64,000 nt of DNA from Balanoglossus misakiensis (lineage: Eukaryota; Animalia; Hemichordata): NCBI GenBank assembly GCA_040954595.2, contig CM082576.2:8559129-8623128 (forward strand), read 5' to 3'. The stretch's first letter is position 1. Each line of letters starts with the position of its first letter. The translations under genes and the position numbers were made by a program. Positions 10,904-23,000 of the stretch are shown piece after piece. The notes below the pieces were generated by a model that ran no database searches, was not told the origin of the DNA, and saw nothing but the letters and a program-made list of their open reading frames with translations.

Positions 10904-13900
10904 TAAGACCAATGCAGATTATTTACAAAGTGTGTATCGGTATGATTATAATCTGTGTCTTTCAAGTGTAGCGCCACAAAAAAACAGAAGCAATAACAAA
11001 GGGTCCACTACTACAGACATCAAAAGTTACCGTACAACACCAACATGTTTTTTTATATCTTTATAAAAGTCTGAATTACAACTACCAGCCGTGAGTCTTG
11101 TTTCCGAAATAAAAAGGAAAAATTAAATTAAAACTTGCACAAAAAGCTGCATTTTTAAAAACATAAACCTCTCACCTATAAGTAACAATGCAAATGATTT
11201 TTTTTACACAGTACACAATTATTATCAGTGTAGTTTTGTAATTCAATAAAAGTGATTTTTAAATTGTGAATTTGACCACAATCATCACACAACTCATGTC
11301 AACCTTTTTTTTTTCATTTTTTCAAAAACTGAACATGAAAAATTGGCACTTCACATGCCATCATTACTGACACATATTATTACGCTTGCCAAATATACAA
11401 GACAGATAAAAAACATATCTACAGAAAAAAAAAACTTACAGGAAAGTTTAAACTTTCTTGCATCAACGTAGATAGTTGCCCCCTGCGTCCCCCACTTGAT
11501 CATTCCATGAAATAATCCTATTGTTTGCTCGGATGGAGCAATCTATGAGATATCATAACTGGGGGTGTGTACCACACCACCTCACATGGAAACTAACATA
11601 TAGGGCTGTGGTGGATTAGCCTCATAAAGCATGTTGGCACTACCCTTTGATAATTAAAAGTTACCATACGTTTAGCGAAGGTTACATATATGTTCAATCC
11701 TGACAAAATAAAAAAATCTGTTGCCTTACACGATGGGAGTCTTGAGTATGGTGACTTTCTAGATGCTTCTGCACACAAACATTTCTTTCTCTCTTTTGAT
11801 GCAAAAGTTCATCCTTACAACCAAACGCACCCTCGTAACAATGGCAGGAATATTCAGGGGAACAGAAAGCCATGAAAAGTAACGCGTAATCCTAGTCAAT
11901 GAACTCCACAAATTGCTCAATCTTGCACCAACAAGAAAGTTGGATAAAAACTCTTTATTTCAACATTTAATTGTACGTGGTTGATAATACTTTGCGTTTT
12001 AAAACTGTACTAAAAACGAAATGGTACGAAGCATAGATTCCACAGTCTGCATGTCTTTTTCCCAGCTCCAAAATCAGCCCCAAAATCGCCTATCCAGGTG
12101 ACACAGGTAAATTTAATTAAAAAAGAAAACTTGATCTTACAGGGATATATCTAGGTACAAGCCTTTTGAAATGCCCCACCAGGGGTCCATGGGATAGTCA
12201 TGACGACGTATAGACATGGCACCGGTAAGAATGCAGATTTCATCTGGCAGGTCCAGAAATCTTTCATATGAACTAACATAACTTAAATTTATTTCTTCAT
12301 CGATATACAGATTCTGTATACGACACCAAGGTGAAACAAGCTACCTGCCCATGTGACCTGAACATTTCATTGAAATATTACAAGACAATTTCATTGACCT
12401 GTGCTGTAGGTATATGCAGGAATAATGCACTGACGGTAGATACAGATATCTACTGTTAACGCAATCACAGCCCTGAACATGTTTGAGAACAATTCCCTTA
12501 TTAACAAACTAAAGCAATTTTATTTCAGAATCTACTCTTTGCAACTAGACTCAAACATTCAACACGAACGACCAAACAGCTCTGACAAAATTTTCACAGA
12601 AAATGTTAAACATTAACAAAAGTTTCCGGTGTGACCTTTAAAGTAATTCTCGCGATAACAATCACCGAAGATTACAATCAAGTAATTTTTGACACGTTAG
12701 CTGCACCTCCAAATGACAGATGCGTGTCTCCATACATGCACTGACAACACGAAAAAAACAAAATATCACAAGTTAGAGCAGGCACCCAAAACTGGCCTCT
12801 GGGTTTCTAAATTAAACGAAAAAATGTAAATAAACTGCTTGCATTGTTTTCTGATTCACAAATCACAATAACTTCTGGGGCAAGTAAACAAACAAAACCT
12901 CACAAGTTGAACGGGCTGAGTTCTACAGCAGCTCGCCACTATACAAGTACAATGCATGTGTGCATGTTGCACGTACGTGTGTGTGTGCATGCACTACTTG
13001 AGCATCTATGTGAGATGACTCCAGTTCGTCATCGAAAAACATAAACGCAAGATGCACCTTTCGTGACAGATGACGTGCTAAAATACATGTGCCTGACTCA
13101 AGCAGGATCTGCATGCATTCTAAAAAAAATACAACGTTCAGCTCAGAACACACGGTGGTTTTGTGCCAGCAAATGACGCTTAGAGTAAAACCTCTTCCAA
13201 AATGTCTGTTGGTCTGAGGTCTCTATCATATCTGGTGGTTCACAAGGAAGGTCTATCATGCACAAAACAAGCCCACGCAGCATGGTGGTGGCAAGTACGA
13301 CATCTGATGAGGACGGTGATGCAATGCGCAACAAGCAACCAAACATTCAACTCCTCACCATTTCCCTCAACCATTCCAGCCCCAAACACAAACTGTGACA
13401 ATGCAGCATTTCCAAAAAAAACCACTTAACCACTGCTATAACAACGCTTCAATAGTGCGCTGTAAACAAAAGAGTTTCCAGTCTGTGCCTGCATGCTCCC
13501 AACATGCGCGAAGTTCACAGAATTTCCTCCGGACAGACAAATCCTAAAATACTCTCGCGGTCAGTGGTCAACCTACAAATTCCAATGTGCTCTCTTAATA
13601 ACAATGTAAAAAGTGTATCAAATCAACAGCATTTTGTTTGTTCCAGACGGTGCTCTGTGCATGCTTGCTCCAGAATTGGCCACTGGTGCGTATATGGCAT
13701 TGGCTCCGATTTGACTACATCACAAATTAATCAATATCTTCTGTAATTAGCTATGTCTTGTCCGCCATTACGACTTGGATATCTTTCTCCTGAAACGAAC
13801 AAGAAACACTCACCAGTCAGTGCATATACATAATGGCAATGCATAAGTGCATATTGGTACAGAGGGCACACTTCATCCCCGGGTCTTTTGCATCTAAATC

Positions 13901-13962
13901 CACAAAGTACACTGCTCACAAGAGCTTGTGTTCACACCACCTTCCTGAATTCCTTTCCATGC

Positions 13963-14078
13963 TCAAAGGACAGCAGCGGTAACGTACCTTGGTTTGCTGT
14001 CGGTGCTTGCGGAGGACGAGGACGAAGTACTGGTGGCGCTACTCTTCCTACTTGAACCACTTTTCTTCACTGAATAAC
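13963..14078 (-). CDS. PPP4R4: PPP4R4 exon 23 (Ser-rich tail, TGA)
   Basis: Acceptor CTTGATCAG; GYSVKKSGSSRKSSATSTSSSSSASTDSKPRYVTAAVL*. An internal donor AG|GTACGT after 13988 could lead to a further exon. Confidence 0.65.
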
Positions 14079-17000
14079 CTGATCAAGGACAGGGTGGGTA
14101 AAACAATATATAAATGTATGTTTGGATACTCAGTTCCTCTACAGAGATGGCATAGGCACAGAAAATCTTGGCCGTGCATCACGAGTTGACAACAGCACCT
14201 TGGGATATCAAGGGGCCAGAAAAGCCACGAGGCCCCAAATTTCTGACAGTGCGTCTCTCCCACTGATAATGAAACTGTACCTTATACACAAGAGGCTGTT
14301 TTACTTTCTTCTCTAGAAATTTGCCGGTACTAGACTCTCTACTTACCTGAGGAGGTACTTTCATTGTATAATCGTTTGACCACATTCTGAGCTGTTGCCT
14401 GAGCTGCACTGCCATCAGATCCTTTTCTGGGTCTACAAGATAAACCATCGCAGAGGAAATGAAACGAGAGGGGTTTTCATCAACCTTTATGTATTAGTGG
14501 TGAGTGACTATTAAAAGTCAGGAGTGATTTGGTGTTAAATCACTAAAAGTGCTTGAAGTCCTTAGAGCACAATTGTTATTTTTTTTCCAGTATGTGAATT
14601 CGGCAAGGATGTGGAGCAAATGTGCCACCCTCCCCTTGACAGTGTCCATGGTTATAAACTTGTGAACACCAGAACCACAGATCAGAGATACGCAGAGAGC
14701 AAGTTAGCTTTACCTGTGCGTGATTGTGAACTCATTTTTTTTTTTTTTTTTTTTTTTTGCAAAATGCGTCAATAGTGGGAGAGAAAATGTGTGTGAATAA
14801 GCTGGGCACCTTGTTTCCTCTGAGGTCCCAAAATGTGTGCGGAAGAAAAATTCAATCTGGTGATAGCAGGGGGAGTGGAGCGATGAAGGGAGGTGAGGGG
14901 AAGAGGGTCATGGGGAGGGGGGGGGGTATTCTACACACTCATCTACATCTCCAAGTTTACCTTATCTCTACACATTACAGATTACTGTTCATAAACACAG
15001 ATGTGTCGTTATATTCAGGTAATAAGACCTGAAAATTTGCAACCTGAAGCTTAATTTGCTTTAATATTTGAGAGCAAACCACCTTACATATAAACTAGCT
15101 GTAGCGACTGCAGTATCTAACTTGTTAAACAGGAGTGGTGCACAGCTGCATGAGTTTGTGATGTGCATAAATTTTGCCAGCAGTTCTGGTGAATATTCAC
15201 CGCAATCTGGTTGATCTTCACTGTCATAAGAGTTGACCAAATGTGACTGTACATGACTTGTGGGGAAAGTGGTAGCGAAAGAATTCGAGTGACTGACCAA
15301 ATATGCTGGTTGATCTCGTGCCTTTACTTGAGACAGCCGATTGCGATTTCTGAACCCCACACAGAAATTTAGATTTCTCACAATGTGGAGGAAATAGTAT
15401 GCAATGTAATGGGAGGAAAAATACAGTGCTACATATGAAACTGCAGTAAGCATCATGAAGTTTAACATACAGTTTTGAGAAAGAATTTCTCTAAAGTAAT
15501 GCTGAGATGAGGTAGGTTGACATGGAAACAGACAGACATATAGGAAGCTATACTACGGAGAATTAGAGTTACATTTATAATATGATCTGATTGCTCTTTT
15601 TTAAATTAAAATACTGAAATGACATTTGAGGACCTTGTTGGGGTCGCCTTGAGACCAATGATGTTGCCATCAGATCCTCCTCGTGATCTGGGTCTGTAGA
15701 GGTGGCAATGAAATGATTACGCAAATTACATAGAAAAAGGAAAACAAAACAACATGCAATCAAGACAAAACAAGTTGAAAATGATCACGAAAATAATACA
15801 ACATTGAACTGATCAGAGCAAAATAAGAAGTATGCAGATTGCAGAGTCTGATGTGAACAGAATGTCCAATGTGACATTAGAAAACAAACAGATGAGAATG
15901 TAAATCAAAAAGTATGAGATCTTTTCACAAAAGCACTCAATACTATTAAAGTCACAAACACTTTGAGGCAAGGGAGTGGAAAGGTTGATATTTGTCAGAT
16001 ATGCATAATTAGATGTGAGTACAACAAGAACCCAAGAGGAACACAAAACTGAGTGCACACACGGCTACTTAAAGGTGCAACTACTTCTAAGATCTCAAAT
16101 CACAGGACAAGGCTGGTGATAACTGTTGATTTGTGTCTGCCACAGAGGGAGTATGTGCCGGACTAGCAGACCCATCATCAATTTTTTTAGGCCCCTTCGT
16201 CTGGGGAAAGTGATTCCGCAAACTGCCACTGCCTACTGACGATATCCAAAAACTACATTCCAGGCAAGTACGGAGAACTGCCACATTCCCGGAGCGTTTA
16301 AAGGATAGCACACACGAGTCACCCACTGGAAATCAAACACTATAACAGTCAACCCCAAAATGCACACAAACCCATTCACCATGAAACATTCCACATGCAC
16401 ACACCAACCAACCAACAAACAAACTTTCTGTGAAATGAAAAAGGGGTCAGGCAGGGTCTGGAATGAGTTGGGGTGGGTGTGAGGGCTTGGGGGGGGGGGG
16501 GGCGTGTGCACGTGGCAGGGGGTGTACGGCATATTTACCTGATTGACGAAGATGAAGGTGCATCACCGATTGGTGAATTTTTACCCGTTTTGGACGATTT
16601 TGCTGAACTCAATGACTTCACCATCTTGTTACCTGGGATGGAGAAAAACACAGCACTTAGTTGAAATACGACAGTTCACTCATAACATGGCACCTTTAAT
16701 ATTTGTCTGGCTGATTTATGAAACAAATATGACATGCACACTCTTCACCCTGAACACTTCAAACGAAAAACCCAAATTTAAATGAATGATTGTCTCTGGT
16801 GTGCATAATATATCTTAAACTAAAAGTTAGTCAAGTTTGACCATACCAAATTGGCATTCGTTTATTTGGTTTGACTGAAAATATCCATTTCACACATGCA
16901 AACTTTGAGCGAGACTTTCACAGTCACACACAGCTCGTTCAACACAGTCAAAAAGAGACAAGACTTATAAAATTATCAAACAAGAATTAATTTAGTAACA

Positions 17001-20000
17001 AATAAAGCAGTATGTGGGTCTGGCATTAAAGTGCACTGTGAAATGATGCCACCGTGTTGCAACTGGGATTAGCAAAAGACAAGCCACAGGCTAAAAAATA
17101 AAGATGCAGTCATGGTGAACAACCCATTGGCAAGTGATGCAGAAATTTTATGGTGCAGAGGTTTGCATGGTGCCGGGGTAATTATAGTCGTGGTTGTACT
17201 TGCCTTCGTTATGCAAGAATCAAGTTGTACTGTCTGTGTCTGCTCACAAACACGTCATGCACACAACCACACACAAGCACAGCAAATCTGTCAACATGCT
17301 TGCTACAGAACTAGTTTTGGTCAGAAAAACACTCTTCTTCTCAGTTATGTAGCAAATCAATAAGTAATGAAACACTGCCACAACTTAGTCCAGCTACCAA
17401 CCGGACATCACAATCACAATCACAGAAACGACATAGACTATAGATCCCATCATGATTCAAACAGTGTCCACGTAGCTGTACGTCAAAGAAGTCGTGGCGA
17501 GATAGTGCTGTGGCACTGCTCTGTGCTCACTGCTGAACGGTCCAGAACAGGTGAAACTCTCCGCGGCAAATGACGACAACTGTAATCGCAGCATGTGTTT
17601 TCAACAAACTTCAACTGTACTTGCAACGGTGTGGACACTGTTTGTAAAATGATCGTCAATCTAAACAAAATCATTCATTAGCAGCTGGATGTGCTCAGTT
17701 GTAAGTAAGCCAATGCTAGGTGAGGGAGGGTGGGGGAAGGGAGGGAGAGCTAGTACACTGAATTTGAACTTTAACCCAAGGTCATGGGGTCAATGTAATG
17801 GACAGACAGAGCAGAGAGCGAAACAGGCTTTTTTGGAGAAATGTAGCATTACGTGTGCAACCACCACCACTGTAAACAGTGACATCTATGTAGTGACAAT
17901 GAGGTGGGTGTGTTTTGTGTGCACTGGTGGGGGGCATTGGGGGGGGGGGGGGGTGAGGGGCAGGGCTTCCTCCAGCTGGTAGCAAATGAGGACGACGACG
18001 GCTGAACTGTCCAGACACGCCTGTACGACAGACAGTACAACTTGTAAGAACGTGAACTGACCTTTGTTGCTTGATAAATGTGGTGGTGGTCCGGGCAAAA
18101 GAGATGAGTTGCTATTGGCTTGGCCTGCCTTCTTACCACTTACATTAGAACTCTTGGCTGTTTTAGAACCTTTGGCAATTAATACACACAAGTGAGATAA
18201 GAGCGTGAGTACCCATGGAATCCAAACTGAGCTGACGCCCCCTTTCGGAGTTTAGATTCGAGTCGGCTTACATTCGACTGCATTTTTTAAAACAATTAAT
18301 CTAGCAGATGCCCATTTTTTCCCAACTAAAGCATTTTCCGAAATCAAAAGGACTAACCGTAAATTGGCTTTCGTGCTTGATAGTGCTGTTGCCCGATATT
18401 TCACAAAGCTAGTGTTCGTTTCTTTATGTGCGGAGCAAAGTGCAACGTCCCCCAAAATTACCTTTGCCGTAGTCTTCCCACCCCGAAATGCAGCATGGTG
18501 TAGTAAGCCCAGGCCCGAAAAGTTTTGCATGAAGCAATGGGATGAGAGACTCCAGGATGCCCCGGAATGCGATTGGGATTGGGCAAGATACGAAAAAAGC
18601 CTGAATATGATTTTGTTGGAATATGCTATATTATATTTGTGAGATTTGCCGCCGATTACTGAGATCTACAGAGTGCACCTTTGTCTGTATAGGAAGCTTG
18701 CTGCATTTAATGTAACCTTAACACCATTTATGGAGCTTGGGGTAGTATGAAAGAGTGTTGAGACGAGGGGGGGGTGGTGAATGTGTGTGGCCAGAGACGT
18801 ACCCTTCTTGAGTACTTTGCTGTCCTCGGATGACTTCTTCCGCCCGCCGACCTTGGCGGAGGACGGATTTTTCGTCGACTTCTCCGCTTCCTCTTTCTCT
18901 TTTTCCTCCAACTCGATGAGTAGCCTTTCCTCCTCTTCCTTTCTCTGATCAGCGATGTCATCTTCATTGTAACTTTTATTTGTACTCTGGAGGTGGAGTG
19001 AACAGGGAAAGTTTACACCAACACTTACTAGCCCTGCATCAGATACCAACTGCATGTACATATTCCATGTTCACAAGAAGTATAAGCAAGATCTTGAACT
19101 GAGGTGTACTTTCACCCCATCCCCAAAACAAAACTGCCTCAGTTAAGCTGCACAGAGAACTCGGAAAGAACTTACCGACTCCATTGAAATTTGTATTTTA
19201 TCCAGTTCTAGCACCGACTGCAGAAGAAGAAAAAAAGAAACAGAATAATGTAATATACCACGATGTGCACACAGCCAAGAATGCTATGCCCCTGACTCAC
19301 ATACATCAAATTTTACTGAAAATTCGACCATTTCCGCAATTCTATGAAGAGAATGAAACGTGCTAGAATACTCACAAGTCTGATTCTCTCCGCCACATCT
19401 CGGTCCTTCTCGTGCGCCATGAGTCGCCTGACGCTCTGCTCCATCTGCTGCAGCAGCGTTCGGTCGCTGGGCAGCTTGATCTGCTTCTTCAGAGCCGGTA
19501 ACAAGTGGCAGAACTTGAGCCTGACATTAGCTACCGGGTCCTGGGCCAGTTCCAGCACAAACTCGTAGAAGTACTCCTTGAAGAACACCTTGGAGAACAT
19601 CTCCATCAGGATCTTGCAGATGTCCATGAACAGGATCCGTTTCCACGAACTGTTACCATGGCAACATTCTGGGGGAGGAGGGTGGAGACAGGATGGAGGG
19701 GGCAAAAAGAATACACCAAAATTATGACATCACATAAGCATGTTCACTGGTTTAGGAGTTTTTGTTCCTTGATTCCAGTTCATACTAGCACATTTCTGCT
19801 GGTCTAGGACTGACTACACTGTAATAGTGCGCATATTGAAATTTGACAGAAACTACTGAAGGCACCAACTTCCCATACCTTCTATGAGTCGACAACAGAG
19901 ATCCTGCCTCTGTTCAAGTTTCCTATTATGCCTTATGAAGACACATATAGTCCTTGCTGCAGCTAGCTTTACAGGAAGTACTCTCTGTTGGCATCAAAAA

Positions 20001-23000
20001 ATGAAGTGGGAATACACAAGTGAACAAAACAGACAATATCAAAATCAACAAGGCAGACATAAACCATTATTTATGCAAACTTTCTGAAAGTGATTTTGTG
20101 CTAAATTTGCAAATGATTGCACTGCAATTGTTTGATATACCAACTTTACCAGACTTGTTGTATTTGTTTGTGAAATATTCAGCATTTTCAAGTCACCAGT
20201 CGGTGATACACAGAATGGCATAACAACAAAAAGCAAAACTCCAGGGACTCACATTTGTAGTTAGGTGCTTAAACAAAACTGGCAAAAACTTGTAGTAGAT
20301 CTGGTCGCTAGTTAAACATTTTGGAAGACATTCAAACTGAGTGATGAGATCGCAGTGCAGTCTCCAGCGCCTGGAGCACGCCGCCAACGACTCTGCAGCC
20401 ATCAGGGCCGGCACCAAATCAGACAATCCGGTCAGCTGAAATCAAAGACACACACACATGATTAAACACACTGCCTCTGAAGCCAATAGGGACAGTCTTG
20501 ACATCGAAGTCACGTCAACACTGGCAGGGCTAGTGGCATGCTGACAGATGGATTAGTATCTTATGACAACAGAGCAATTAGCAGGGTATAACCCCTGTAC
20601 CTTTCATTCTGATATTATGCAGCAGTCAATGTTAACCTCCATACACCCCCACCTCAGGGCTTAAAAAAAGTGAGGGATTTGAAATTAGTCATCAAATTTG
20701 CCAATGCCCCAACCCCCCCTGGGGAAAGACAATCTTGCAAATCCCCCCGCACTCTCCCCATTTATAAAATTCTGCGGTTGATCGTGTTAGGTTACTGGGG
20801 GTCAATATGAAGCAAATGCCATGTTCTCTTGGGCTTAGTTCCTTGGCAAACTGCTTGTCTCCCCCCCCCCCCCCACCACATCTCGTATCGATTGAGGTGG
20901 GGTCCCTCGGGGATTACATTAACTGCTGCATATAACTATTAGTAAGGCATCATATTGGGCAGGTATTTTTATTTCACCATACGTTGCCATGCCCCATTCC
21001 TTTCTGTTTTCTCTAGCAAGTTAGCATTGAGTATGCTTGTCAGCGGCAGGGAGAGGTAAGAGCAGGTTTTCAGCCGGTACACACATGCAGACTGCATCAT
21101 GTTCTACTTATCCAAAACCAATGACCTTGGCTAACCATTAAACTTTTCAAAAATGCTATACATAACTGTTGAATGAATGAATGAGATGCACACAGCATTC
21201 AGTGATGACATGATGCAAATGATTTTGTTAGTAACAACGCTTCCGTTGCAATGAGACTAGAAAGGGACAGTTACAGAAAATGAGGTGAAAGGTCACAAAA
21301 AAACTTCCTATATTATACGATGTATGTCTAGTTCATTTACAGAAGTGGTTCTCATCTGTGATAGTGTGCGTGGATGTGTATGGTTATTTTTTGAAGTCTG
21401 TGAAAGTCAAAATGCTGAACCTGTATCTGAATAAATGCACCATGCCTAGCATGCAGACACAATGGAAAGTGGATAATCAAATTTGGAAAATAATGGCTTT
21501 TCTGTCAGAAAGACGTCTTAAAAGACTTTTTTCATACAGTAAATTCCAACTAAGGACAGATTAAATGTCTAATCCAAAGGTCTGCCTAAAGATGTGATTT
21601 GACCTATGTCTGGTGTGTGGGAGGATTTTTATGTCACTAACATTGTTGTTATTTTTGAAATACAAATCTTGCATAATGCCACAATGTTCAGCCTAAAGTC
21701 AGATTACACGAACGGGGAGGAACATTGGGGGTTGAACCAAAGTTTGGTGGTGAAGGTGAGTTGCAGTGCGGCACTGTCAGAACAAATGCGAGTATCAGAG
21801 AATGGCTGGCTGTGTTAGAGAATCTAGACCTAGGCTACAAAGATTATATTACTACTACTAGATTACGAGTACTTAAATTATTGCAAAGTATTTCAAATGA
21901 CTCTACTACAGAGGATAGGTTAATCAGTGATCTAGATTTTGAATGTTGTTTCTGTTAGTGTTAACACATGACATGCGTTGGATAAATATGCATCTTTTAA
22001 AAACAAGGCAGTTTATTGCATCAGTCTGGTTTACTATTTCCTTCCCTTGCATGCATGGCAACGGTTGCCACATTTCTGTGTTTTTTTTTTCTCAATCAAG
22101 GAAGAAAACTGACAACCAGGCTGGGCAGGGCTAAGATGACTGCTTACCCGCTTACAAAGGATGAGATTGTCAAAGCCAAAACCACTTATCTAGAGTGGGG
22201 ATATAAAAACATATACAGGTAACATGACAGGGGTAGGTGTGGCAAGACTATATACACTATATTTTTTCATTGCTTGAGTTGTGTTGGGACTTGGGATTGA
22301 GTGATTAAAATGAAAAATTAATTATTTTCCTTACAATAACTATTGTCGGGAGCTAGAGAGATCATGGTCCTGTATCAAGCTTGCATTGTGAAATCAGTGA
22401 AGTGGTTTGCAGAATGTTTGATTTATCATTATGCTCTGCACTGATTTACAAGTGTTTTACACAGATTGGCTCAACTGTACATTGCCTTGTATCCAGTGGC
22501 TCTGGGGGAATGCGACAAAGGTAATGTGACAGAAGACATGCTATACCTCCCTCTACAACATCAATTGAAGTTCTTTCGTTTTCATATGTCACTTCATGTA
22601 TATTTATTATTCAACTGGAAAAGTTGCCGCAATCTCTACAGTAACCTGGTGAAAGATCTTAGTCGTGACTGTGATGAAATGTAATGTGATGTGATATGTG
22701 GTGTGTAATGTGGTGTGATGTGATTTCTGTTATTACTTAATTAAAATTTTCTTCTGTAGGAGTGTTATGAGTGTTACAACAGGGAGGAAGAAAATTAGTC
22801 AAGGAGAAAATTAGTCAGCTGGTAAACCCAGAAGGGCTTTATACGATGACAACACCCGTTACCTTGGATTCGGTGACCACATTACCACCTCCTTTGGCAA
22901 ACATCTCCAGAGTCTCCGGTATGTGGGGGACCAAGCCTTCCAGCACCTAGGTGTGTGGAATTACAAGGGGAAAGTCAGTACTATAACTGCTTACTGCGTC

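Noticed and set aside
11593-13425. Possible extra PPP4R4 terminal exons after the AG|GTACGT donor at 13988
   Set aside because: The phase-2 acceptors I tried give unconvincing peptides, and the ASRKSPYSRLPS frame needs phase 1. Cannot be supported without transcripts.
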